From a virus, in the IMG/VR virus record IMGVR_UViG_3300014888_000001, positions 1 to 45,986 of that record: DNA of 45,986 nucleotides. One strand, written 5' to 3'. The translations under genes and the position numbers were made by a program. Positions 1-6,943 of the stretch are shown here, in pieces. Within the stretch, counting starts at the first letter, position 1; each line of letters starts with the position of its first letter. Below the pieces are notes generated by a model, which saw nothing but the letters and a program-made list of their open reading frames with translations, was not told the DNA's origin and ran no database searches.

Positions 1-79
1 GTGGTGCTCTGCTACCTGATAAAAAACGCCATGCTTTTCACAGGTGATGCTAATCTTTGACTTTATGCCAAAAAACTCA
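1..79. repeat. Terminal direct repeat, identical to 45908-45986 (closure overlap of a circular or permuted genome; unit 45,907 bp)
   Basis: Read directly: gtggtgctctgctacctgataaaaaacgcc...tatgccaaaaaactca is present at both window ends. Confidence 0.95.
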
Positions 80-159
80 CTCTGTGAGTATTTATATTTA
101 TCGGCGTGGTGTTTTCTTGCTCTGGAAAGGAAATCTATGAATGTAATTGCTTTTGACAC
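1..159 (-). CDS. 5' part (53 codons) of the junction-spanning homing-endonuclease-like gene; it continues at 45907 downward to 45068
   Basis: The frame of ORF 45068..45850 stays open to the window end and, across the 79-bp overlap, up to GTG 159-157. AGAGG (170-166) lies 6 nt upstream and an in-frame TAA at 192-190. Encodes ...HHADKYKYSQSEFFGIKSKISITCEKHGVFYQVAEHHANGHGCRKCG. Confidence 0.6.
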   Translation of the reverse strand, partial: MSKAITFIDFLSRARKHHADKYKYSQSEFFGIKSKISITCEKHGVFYQVAEHH

Positions 160-273
160 ATTGCACCTCTGCAAAAACCTGATTGAGGATTAGGCAGGAA
201 GTCAGGTTAACTTCTTTTCGGGTTGCATGCCCTAGCCTTAACTAATCTTATCAAAGATTTCTGGAATAATCCA

Positions 274-687
274 TCACTCATCCACACTCTTATAAAAATC
301 ATCCAACCCTTTCGGCTCAACGGTAATGTTGCCGCGAAGCTCGATGACCTGCTTATCCAGTCCAGTCAGCTTGGCCTTGCCCATCGTTGCAGATACTGCC
401 GCGCTGGTTTGCGGAGTCTCGCAGGTTAGCGCCACAGTTCTCGCCTCTTCAAGCTCCTGCAGCAGAGATTCAATCGTAATATCGTGCTGCATTTTAATTT
501 CCTCTTGCAATTCTTTTATCCTGAGGGTCACGGTAGGGCGCTGCTTGACACGCGTTGATTCTACGTGTATGGACGTGGCTGCCATGTTTTTGGCGTTATA
601 TGCTTCCCTGTAAGCGTCAGATGAGCTACTGGTTCTCACATAAGCCTGGGCAAAATTTTCTTCTCGTGGGTTTTTTAGGGCACCCAT
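274..687 (-). CDS. terS: Terminase small subunit (Terminase_2-like N-terminus)
   Basis: 137 aa. NPREENFAQAYV...DAYREAYNAKNM...TLRIKEL resembles small-terminase HTH N-termini. AGGTA SD before the ATG. Lies upstream (circularly) of terL. Confidence 0.75.
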   Translation of the reverse strand: MGALKNPREENFAQAYVRTSSSSDAYREAYNAKNMAATSIHVESTRVKQRPTVTLRIKELQEEIKMQHDITIESLLQELEEARTVALTCETPQTSAAVSATMGKAKLTGLDKQVIELRGNITVEPKGLDDFYKSVDE

Positions 688-862
688 AATGCGTACCTAT
701 GCGCAATAATATCTGAATTCATTCTATCACTACGCAGGGGATGGGGCAAGGATGCCTGCGCAGAATCCGCATAAGTTATTCCGGGGCGTCGCTGCATCTT
801 CCGTAATTAAATCGCCAGACAAGATACCATATCGGGTCATAATGGCACCTGTAATCGACGTG

Positions 863-1086
863 GTGGCATTATCTCGCTAATCTGGTACTAACCCACACCT
901 TACACCTACAGAGCCGTCATAATCGATCTGAGTGGCAATGCCGGGCATTCGCTAATATGGCAAGTCAGTTGAGGGATAATGCCAGGCGAATATGGGCGCT
1001 GTGATGCGGTGGAAGCGTGGTTTCGGTCACATGCCAGGCGCATCTGATTACCGGTTATTCCTGGCGAATAGGGTTGCTGGCATATT
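863..1086. repeat. Cluster of at least 5 overlapping 10-20 bp repeats upstream of terS (candidate terminase or late-regulator binding sites)
   Basis: ggcattatctcgctaatctgg 865-885; gggcattcgctaatatgg 943-960 (with palindrome aatgccgggcatt 937-949); aatgccaggcgaatatggg 978-996; atgccaggcgcatctg 1031-1046; attcctggcgaataggg 1057-1073. Confidence 0.6.
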
Positions 1087-1092
1087 TCAGTC

Positions 1093-1118
1093 AAAAAAAG
1101 ACCCCTACAGGAGGGGTC
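1093..1118 (-). terminator. Rho-independent terminator of the early-left transcript
   Basis: Minus sense: GACCCCT-cctgt-AGGGGTC followed by TTTTTTT (A7 at 1093-1099 on the plus strand). Confidence 0.8.
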
Positions 1119-1570
1119 AAAACTCAGGGTGATGAGTGTGTTGCTGGCTGAGGTGAGGATGTATCGGTAAGTCTGCGTGATGGCGCCTTAACGATAAACC
1201 CTGAACTGAATGTAATACGGATTTATCTGCTTGTAAAGTGATAGGGTGTAATCCCTCGCATATTGGTAAAGCATCCATCCAGCAGCGCACTGCATTACGC
1301 TGAACTCGCATTCCACTCCGGGCAGTACCAGTAAGGTTATGAGCCGCTGGTTGCATCTTCGCTTCCTGCTTGCTATCTCACTTCAGCCTCAACCGGGTAG
1401 GTTACACCTTGCTCCAACAAGGATAAGCCGTCATGGATACTGAATCGATTTGTTGTGATGGCCGGTGCTGAAATCCGGCTTGCCAGGTAATGGGCTTGCT
1501 GGCGAAGTCCCCATGTTTATCAACCTCGAGCATCAGCCTGCTCACTACATCACAACGGAAAGAACACTTT

Positions 1571-1618
1571 GGCGGGTCAGATGGAATCGAACCATCATCA
1601 TCACGGTAGCTATCCGTG
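1571..1618 (-). other. tRNA 3'-half-like element (anticodon-arm-like hairpin, 5-nt variable region, canonical T-arm, acceptor-like tail); not a complete tRNA
   Basis: Minus sense: CACGG-atagcta-CCGTG atgat GATGG-TTCGATT-CCATC tgacccgcc. No D-arm or pairing 5' acceptor strand could be found upstream. Confidence 0.3.
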
Positions 1619-1667
1619 ACAACACACCTGTAAACCCTGCAAAATGCTCTTACCTGTTGTGCCGAAC

Positions 1668-1871
1668 TTAATCGGCAATCCAGCTTAAATCGATAACCAC
1701 TACTTTGCCGCGATACTTTCTGATTGACGCCTTGTTGCCGCTTACCGTGTTAATCATCCTTGCTAACGTGTCGTACCGACCCGGAAGTGATGTTAGCTCG
1801 GCGACTGCCATTCGGTTTGTCGCTGCCTTTGCCTCTGCGAGAAGTTCCCGCGCTAGCTGGATTGTGCTCAT
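1668..1871 (-). CDS. Hypothetical early-left protein (67 aa)
   Basis: ORF track. First gene downstream of the consensus promoter at 1901-1929, with a GAGAG SD-like stretch before the ATG. Confidence 0.6.
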   Translation of the reverse strand: MSTIQLARELLAEAKAATNRMAVAELTSLPGRYDTLARMINTVSGNKASIRKYRGKVVVIDLSWIAD

Positions 1872-1900
1872 TTGAATCTCTCGCCTGTCCTGATGAGATG

Positions 1901-1929
1901 ATTATCCGTTAACGGCTGGAGTGTGTCAA
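1901..1929 (-). promoter_or_regulatory. Sigma70-type leftward early promoter
   Basis: Minus sense: TTGACA (1929-1924), 17 bp, GATAAT (1906-1901), about 30 nt upstream of the ATG at 1871. Confidence 0.7.
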
Positions 1930-2425
1930 CCGACTTAGGATGTTTATGCGGATTTATTTGCCAGAGGTGGTGTGGTGGCTGTGTGTTGTGCACGACTTGC
2001 TACTTCCACGTTAATTATCAATAGTTTAGAAGGTTTCCCTGATACTTCCACGTTACTTCCCGGCGACCGGGAACTTTAATATTCAATGTAATCATGCACT
2101 TAACATGCGTTTTCCCCGGTTCTGGGTGTTCCACGGGTTTTCTTAGGAAAATGGAGGGTTGCCATTTCTTTTTACTAGAGAGAGATACTCTTCTTATATT
2201 GTAAGACTACCCCTGGAAGTTGGGGAACCAAAGAAGTGCGAAAAAATATCCTTGTATTACAGGTATATACCAAAAAACAAACTTCCCCGGTGACTTGGAA
2301 GTAGCAGGGAAGTTTCCGGGGAAATGGCCCATTTTAGCCATTTTTAGCTCAAAAAGTGAGCAATTTATTTGCGTTCTCACGGGGAAGTCCGGCGCAGAGT
2401 GATGCGGGAAATTCATGAATAACGA
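1930..2425. promoter_or_regulatory. ORF-free control region between divergent early promoters, rich in ACTTCC/GGAAGT and TTCC(C)CGG motifs (operator array or origin candidate)
   Basis: 13-bp direct repeat TACTTCCACGTTA at 2001-2013 and 2043-2055. Palindrome TTCCCGG-cga-CCGGGAA at 2057-2073. TTCCCCGG at 2112 and 2283, with its complement at 2316. ACTTCC/GGAAGT at 2002, 2044, 2055, 2215, 2281, 2297, 2308, 2383. Confidence 0.55.
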
Positions 2426-2453
2426 TTGACTTTAATGTAATAATGTTTATTAT
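2426..2453 (+). promoter_or_regulatory. Sigma70-type rightward early promoter
   Basis: TTGACT 2426-2431, 16 bp, TATTAT 2448-2453; followed by AGGAGG 2469-2474 and ATG 2478. Confidence 0.65.
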
Positions 2454-2477
2454 TGAGTTAAACACACAGGAGGAAGT

Positions 2478-2681
2478 ATGAAAGAAAATCTAATCTCAGT
2501 AGCGTCGTATTTGGTTCGTGAAGTGATGCAGGAAGAACAGTCATCATTCCCGGTTGAAAAAGATCAACTTAGCGGCGTGCGAACGTATATTTCAGTTATC
2601 TGCCACCATGAAAAACTTAACGTGACGACTCGCTACAAGAAAGAAACTGGGTTGCTTCATGTTTTCAAGGTTGGAGAGTAA
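2478..2681 (+). CDS. Hypothetical early protein (67 aa)
   Basis: AGGAGG SD 4 nt upstream. TAATG overlap with the next gene. Confidence 0.7.
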   Translation: MKENLISVASYLVREVMQEEQSSFPVEKDQLSGVRTYISVICHHEKLNVTTRYKKETGLLHVFKVGE

Positions 2682-3010
2682 TGACGCCTAAACCAGGAAC
2701 AAAAGCTGATGCCGTGTTCGGTGCGCTGCAGGATTTACCCGTTGGCAAGTCTGCATTCTTCTTCTTCACAGCGGGTCGCGCTATATGCTGGTGGACGCTT
2801 AACCATGAGCGATTCATGGTTAACGGAGAGCTGAATACTGATGACCCCGGAATGATGGAATCAATGGTTCACCTGCAGTACTGGCAGCAGCCGGACATGA
2901 AAGAGCTAAGAGATATCGTGCGTTCATTCGAGTCACATTCTGAGCGTATTTTTTCAATCACAACCAAACGGAGTTACAGCCGCATGGTAAGAGTTCAAAG
3001 GTCGGTGTAA
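2681..3010 (+). CDS. Hypothetical early protein (109 aa)
   Basis: ORF track. TAATG couplings at both ends. Confidence 0.65.
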   Translation: MTPKPGTKADAVFGALQDLPVGKSAFFFFTAGRAICWWTLNHERFMVNGELNTDDPGMMESMVHLQYWQQPDMKELRDIVRSFESHSERIFSITTKRSYSRMVRVQRSV

Positions 3011-4629
3011 TGGATATTAAAACAATCGCGGCCATGTCTGCCGCATCTGACAAGCTGAGGGGAATGGCAGTAAATCAGCAAGAGTCAGACCCACTGAAGG
3101 CAGTGATGCTGCCAGGTGTTAGCCTGCACAATCCGCCCGGGGCGCTGTCTGACTTTTGCAGCATTATCGAAAAGCACTTTGAGCGCCGCGAGGGTACTGA
3201 AAGCTACCGTATTATTGGTGCGCTCGGTGTGGCTCAGTTGCTGGCTGGCCGAAACGTGGTTACACCAACCAACTCAAAGATGATGTTCCAGATGATGCTT
3301 GTTGCGCCTTCCGGTAGTGGCAAGACGGCCTGCGTTGATTTTGTCGGCAAGGCTGCTTTTCACCTTGGCCTTGATGCAAGATTCCGTAGTTCGATGGTGA
3401 CGTCTCAGAAACAGCTACAGATGGCGGTGATTGAGGCTGGAGGCTCTCTGGTTTACTCCGTGGATGATAACGACACGCATATCATCAACTGGGATAACGA
3501 ACGCTCTCCTCTTGAGGGTATATCTAACCTGATCCGCTCTGAGTCATCCAGCACAATACCATGGGTGGCAAGCGCCCCGATAAAGGCAGCTTTCGATGAG
3601 GTGCTAACTGCGGCGTCTGCTGAAAAGATGCTGGACATTAAGTCCAAGTTAGAGGGCTGGATTCTTCCAAGGCTGGATTTCAGCAAGTCAATTGATTACA
3701 ACGCTCTCGCAAAAATGAAGCAGGATGTGGCAAAGCGATACGCTAAGGCCAGACGTGATTCTGAGATGGCGCAAAACCCAATTGAGCGCTTCAAGATTGT
3801 CCCAATCATCGCGCTAACCCCGGACAAAGGAAGGAGGATTATATCGAACTGGAAAGACAACGGCTCAATGGGTCGCACACTCTTCATTGCTAACTCGGGA
3901 GACAGCGGGGACAAGAAAGACGATCCGAGCGAATGGAAGTCGCTCTCTTTCGTCAATCAATGGAAGCCGCGCATACCTGGCAGACTGGTAAAGGGGCAGT
4001 GGGGACCGGGTGCTGCGGAACGTTATCGCCAGCTTGACCGGCAGATTGACTCTTTCAGGAATGACGGCGGCATTACCGGCACTGTGTCGGCTCGATATGG
4101 CCAGATGATTCTTGACATAGCTACGCTGTGTGCTTTCGTTGATCCAGCCGCGCGCTCTGGCAATGATTTTTTTGTTAACGTAAATCACATTGAGTGGGGT
4201 TATCAGGCGAGCCTGGAGAGCCTTATCGCCATGCGTGATTACTATGAGGGGGAGCCGGAAGAAAACGGACTGGAGTCTGACGAGTGGGCGGCGATTATTT
4301 CCAAAATCAAGATGTGTGTGGAGGGTAACACCAAGTTCATCAAGTTCCGCACGGTAGCTGTAATGAAAGACCGTATCTGCCGCGACAGGGTGAAGAGCAT
4401 CATCTCGGCCTGCTCTAGCTCCGGCATGGATATGAGTCCGGACAAATTCATCTACCGCGTGCTGGAGTGCATCAGCCAGTATCGCCAGGCTCCGATTGAT
4501 ATCGATCCGGAAAACCCGAAGAAGGTGCTGATTAACGAGGGTGGAGACTGGTCTGGCATCCCCATGAATCAGGAAATGCGAAACATCCTTTCAACCGCGA
4601 TGAGAAAACTGAGGTTTATGAAGAAATGA
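3010..4629 (+). CDS. P-loop NTPase, possibly a DUF3987-type replication or helicase-loader protein
   Basis: 539 aa. Walker A in MLVAPSGSGKTACVDF. Large early-operon ORF. Family assignment from memory only. Confidence 0.45.
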   Translation: MDIKTIAAMSAASDKLRGMAVNQQESDPLKAVMLPGVSLHNPPGALSDFCSIIEKHFERREGTESYRIIGALGVAQLLAGRNVVTPTNSKMMFQMMLVAPSGSGKTACVDFVGKAAFHLGLDARFRSSMVTSQKQLQMAVIEAGGSLVYSVDDNDTHIINWDNERSPLEGISNLIRSESSSTIPWVASAPIKAAFDEVLTAASAEKMLDIKSKLEGWILPRLDFSKSIDYNALAKMKQDVAKRYAKARRDSEMAQNPIERFKIVPIIALTPDKGRRIISNWKDNGSMGRTLFIANSGDSGDKKDDPSEWKSLSFVNQWKPRIPGRLVKGQWGPGAAERYRQLDRQIDSFRNDGGITGTVSARYGQMILDIATLCAFVDPAARSGNDFFVNVNHIEWGYQASLESLIAMRDYYEGEPEENGLESDEWAAIISKIKMCVEGNTKFIKFRTVAVMKDRICRDRVKSIISACSSSGMDMSPDKFIYRVLECISQYRQAPIDIDPENPKKVLINEGGDWSGIPMNQEMRNILSTAMRKLRFMKK

Positions 4630-5009
4630 AAATGTATTTTGCTGAGCAGGGTCATGACTGGGGTTGCATAATTGATTCCAATCCTAACATGAGTACTTTC
4701 GCGCTGTATGATGACGGAGGTGTTTTCGACTGGTCGAACAGAAAGTCGGATAAGCCAGTTGAGGTTGTAGCAATGCCGTTCGGTTCTTGTCTTGTTCACT
4801 ACCATAAGGGGCATGATATTTATTTTTCTGCGCACCAGTTCATCTGCGGCGGGCTGCTTATTAACTGCACCGGATACGGAAGGAGCAAGAAGTTATCACT
4901 GAGGAACCTTCAGTCATGCCGAAGGAAAACAATGGATGAATGGTACAAGGACCGGTTTGAGAGTATTGATCTTGAGCTTCAAAAGCGTCGTGGAAATCCA
5001 ATTGTGTAG
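4626..5009 (+). CDS. Hypothetical protein (127 aa)
   Basis: ATGA overlap with the upstream gene. Confidence 0.6.
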   Translation: MKMYFAEQGHDWGCIIDSNPNMSTFALYDDGGVFDWSNRKSDKPVEVVAMPFGSCLVHYHKGHDIYFSAHQFICGGLLINCTGYGRSKKLSLRNLQSCRRKTMDEWYKDRFESIDLELQKRRGNPIV

Positions 5010-5025
5010 ATAATTGGGTAGAAAA

Positions 5026-5069
5026 CAGCACAATTAGCTAAAGACAACAATCCACATTCGGATTAGTAT
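5026..5069 (+). promoter_or_regulatory. AGCAC-box promoter-like cassette H
   Basis: CAGCAC-aatta-GCTAAAGACA-17 bp (contains AATCC/GGATT hairpin)-TAGTAT; precedes the GAGGGTGA SD and ATG 5097. Confidence 0.55.
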
Positions 5070-5096
5070 TACCGCAACAACAACGAGGGTGATGAG

Positions 5097-5267
5097 ATGA
5101 AAAAGTTAACGGCTGAGTGGTGCAGGAATCACATCGAATCAATGAGAGCTAACGGTCTTAGCTTACTTGAAGAGTATTACGTGCAGGCCCTTGAGATTGC
5201 GCTGCCTGTACTCGAGCATCGGGAGAAGGGCAATGATGGTCGTGTCGATAATGCTGGCGTTGAATAA
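5097..5267 (+). CDS. Small hypothetical protein (56 aa, below the ORF-track cutoff)
   Basis: GAGGGTGATGAG SD then ATG 5097; MKKLTAEWCRNHIESM...; TAATG coupling to the next ORF. Confidence 0.45.
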   Translation: MKKLTAEWCRNHIESMRANGLSLLEEYYVQALEIALPVLEHREKGNDGRVDNAGVE

Positions 5268-5365
5268 TGAGTGACTTCTTCAATGAGCACGTTATGCGAT
5301 ATCACTGGGAGACTCTCAAGCGACGTCACGCTGAATGGGTCGCCCGTAGAAATGAGGATGAGTAA
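5267..5365 (+). CDS. Small hypothetical protein (32 aa)
   Basis: ATG overlaps the TAA of the previous ORF. MSDFFNEHVMRYHWETLKRRHAEWVARRNEDE fills the gap exactly up to 5366. Confidence 0.35.
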   Translation: MSDFFNEHVMRYHWETLKRRHAEWVARRNEDE

Positions 5366-5593
5366 TTGACACTACAAAAACAATTTGAAGCCCGAGCATC
5401 AGAGTTAGGATACAGCATCAGAAAGGATGAATCTGGCGAGTACAGCTATCACCCAACTCAGCGATTGTGGGGATGGTATCAGGCAGGTGCGCATAGCGTG
5501 CTGGATTATGGAGACCCTAACTTTTTGATGAGCGGAGAATGGCAATCAATCGCATCGTCGTGTGCGGGATTTAATCAGGTGTATGAGGGTTAA
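5366..5593 (+). CDS. Hypothetical protein (75 aa, TTG start)
   Basis: ORF track. GAGGATGAG lies 5 nt upstream of the TTG. Confidence 0.5.
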   Translation: MTLQKQFEARASELGYSIRKDESGEYSYHPTQRLWGWYQAGAHSVLDYGDPNFLMSGEWQSIASSCAGFNQVYEG

Positions 5594-5595
5594 AA

Positions 5596-6132
5596 ATGAA
5601 ACTTAAAGTATCAAAAATAATGCTGGAGTCAGCATTAATTTTTTCAGCAAAAAACGATATCCGTTATTACCTGAATGGCGTATGTTTTAAGCCTGGTGGG
5701 GTTTTTGCATCAACTGATGGGCATCGCCTTTTTTATGGCCAGCACGAAAATGACAACAAAGATGAAATTATCGTAAGTAACATCAAGTCGCCAACAAAAA
5801 AATACCATGAAGCTGTGTTTGATACCGAAACCGGAATTGTGGATTTTAACGATGACTCTGGAGTAAAGGTTGGCGTGTCATCATTTACTGTTGTTGACGG
5901 AAGGTTTCCAGATGTTGAGCGCATATTGCCAAAGAGCTTCCAGCCTGTTGATGCCATTGCATTCAATGCGGGCTACCTGGCAAGCATTGAGAAGGCGGCG
6001 AAGTTTTTCAACAATCGCTGGCAGAACGTGAAAATACAGTTCAGCGGCGAATCGAGCGCATCGGTGTGCGAGCTAAGGAGTCCATCCGGGGAGGTTGGTA
6101 AGATAGTAATAATGCCAATGCGTTTAGATTAA
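5596..6132 (+). CDS. Truncated DNA polymerase III beta sliding-clamp (DnaN) homolog, 178 aa
   Basis: NDIRYYLNGVCF, ASTDGHRLF, VVDGRFPDVERILPK and a C-terminal VIMPMRLD match DnaN hallmark strings (DVRYYLNG, ATDGHRLA, VDGRFPDYRRVLPK, VVMPMRL), but at about half the DnaN length. Confidence 0.75.
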   Translation: MKLKVSKIMLESALIFSAKNDIRYYLNGVCFKPGGVFASTDGHRLFYGQHENDNKDEIIVSNIKSPTKKYHEAVFDTETGIVDFNDDSGVKVGVSSFTVVDGRFPDVERILPKSFQPVDAIAFNAGYLASIEKAAKFFNNRWQNVKIQFSGESSASVCELRSPSGEVGKIVIMPMRLD

Positions 6133-6135
6133 AAC

Positions 6136-6159
6136 AAAGCCCCATTAAGGGGCTTTTTT
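6136..6159. terminator. Bidirectional hairpin terminator at a convergent block junction
   Basis: AAAGCCCC-attaa-GGGGCTTT followed by T6; A-rich on the 5' side. The Rz stop codon lies in the loop. Confidence 0.8.
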
Positions 6160-6684
6160 ACTTCCATCAGCGATGTACCCACCTGCCTGTAGTTTCCTGA
6201 TGTAGTCCTGCAGGTAGCGTATCTTTGCCTGGTCTTCTGTTATTCCGGTTCGGATATCGTAAACAGTTGCTCCAGCTTCTGAAGTGAGTCCGAGGGAGGC
6301 TGCATTGCCCACGCTGCCGGAGCTGGCGGTATTGCCTGCGGGGCGCTGACAGTCTGCAAGTTTTGACTGCGCGATGAGCACCCGGCGCTTGCCAGCAGCA
6401 ACATCGTTACGCAGAGCGGTATTATCTTTCTGAGCATTTTGTAGTTCCTGGGTTGATTGTGAGTCTAGATCTGCCAGGTGAGACTGCAGGTCATTTACCC
6501 GCTGCGTGGCGAGAGTCATTTCTTTTGCTGCTGATTCTGATAATGCGCGGCGCTCACCTGCGTATGTCGATTTTAACCGCTCTATTTCGGCCTGTGCGTG
6601 GTTATAATTAATAAACCACCCGGCAGTAGCTCCGAAGCAGAAAAACGCCGCATAGGGCCATACAGAGCTAAATATCGCCTTCAT
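6145..6684 (-). CDS. Rz: i-spanin (Rz-like)
   Basis: 179 aa with an N-terminal TM (AAFFCFGATAGWFI) and a coiled-coil periplasmic part. Last gene of the lysis cassette and contains the embedded Rz1. Confidence 0.8.
   Translation of the reverse strand: MKAIFSSVWPYAAFFCFGATAGWFINYNHAQAEIERLKSTYAGERRALSESAAKEMTLATQRVNDLQSHLADLDSQSTQELQNAQKDNTALRNDVAAGKRRVLIAQSKLADCQRPAGNTASSGSVGNAASLGLTSEAGATVYDIRTGITEDQAKIRYLQDYIRKLQAGGYIADGSKKAP
6240..6437 (-). CDS. Rz1: o-spanin lipoprotein (Rz1-like), fully embedded in Rz in another frame
   Basis: 65 aa. Signal plus lipobox LLLASAG|C, and a Pro-rich mature part (QAIPPAPAAWAMQPP). Confidence 0.75.
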   Translation of the reverse strand: MLRKIIPLCVTMLLLASAGCSSRSQNLQTVSAPQAIPPAPAAWAMQPPSDSLQKLEQLFTISEPE

Positions 6685-6943
6685 GCTTTACCTCCTCTGG
6701 CTGGTTAGCGTCTTCTACTTTCTGCTCAAGCCTGACCTGTTTGATGCGCATGCCGTGCATTTTGCCGAGCATCGCCATAACCAGGATGGAAAAGCTGATG
6801 GCCTTAACGTAGAGGGGAGGGATGGCGCTCTTCAGGTCTTCCGGCATCATGTTCCAGACCTGAAGCAGGGCGTCTGGCCAGAACTGCAGGGCCGTACAGA
6901 GTGACATCCATATGCCGATTAGCCAGTTAGATATTTTCTTCAT
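6668..6943 (-). CDS. Two-TMD membrane protein (holin or antiholin candidate)
   Basis: 91 aa. Hydrophobic segments WLIGIWMSLCTALQFW and AISFSILVMAMLG with a charged C-terminus. Sits between the endolysin and Rz. Confidence 0.55.
   Translation of the reverse strand: MKKISNWLIGIWMSLCTALQFWPDALLQVWNMMPEDLKSAIPPLYVKAISFSILVMAMLGKMHGMRIKQVRLEQKVEDANQPEEVKHEGDI

Noticed and set aside
906-1356. Track ORFs 906..1094 (-) and 1117..1356 (-) as protein genes
   Set aside because: ORF 906..1094 is a translation of the DNA repeats (PYSPGI twice) and has no SD. ORF 1117..1356 has an AGGAAG SD-like sequence and ends in the terminator stem, but it is rich in rare TTA/ATA codons and has a low-complexity His-rich sequence. 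It cannot be fully excluded, so it is noted under the untranslated-tail finding.
1571-1660. Possible complete tRNA gene on the minus strand, prompted by a perfect T-arm GATGG-TTCGATT-CCATC
   Set aside because: No D-arm can be folded. No 5' acceptor strand complementary to tgacccg lies within the correct distance. Position 37 of the loop is a pyrimidine and no proper CCA or discriminator register exists. Kept only as a tRNA 3'-half-like element.
1465-1671. Track ORF 1465..1671 (+)
   Set aside because: It is antisense to the early-left transcription unit, has no SD, and overlaps the tRNA-like element and the stop of 1668..1871. Judged a chance ORF.
2207-2416. Track ORFs 2207..2416 (-) and 2220..2402 (+) in the control region
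   Set aside because: They are mutually antisense over the same DNA, have no SD, and their sequence is dominated by the ACTTCC/CCGG repeat motifs. Treated as non-coding regulatory DNA.
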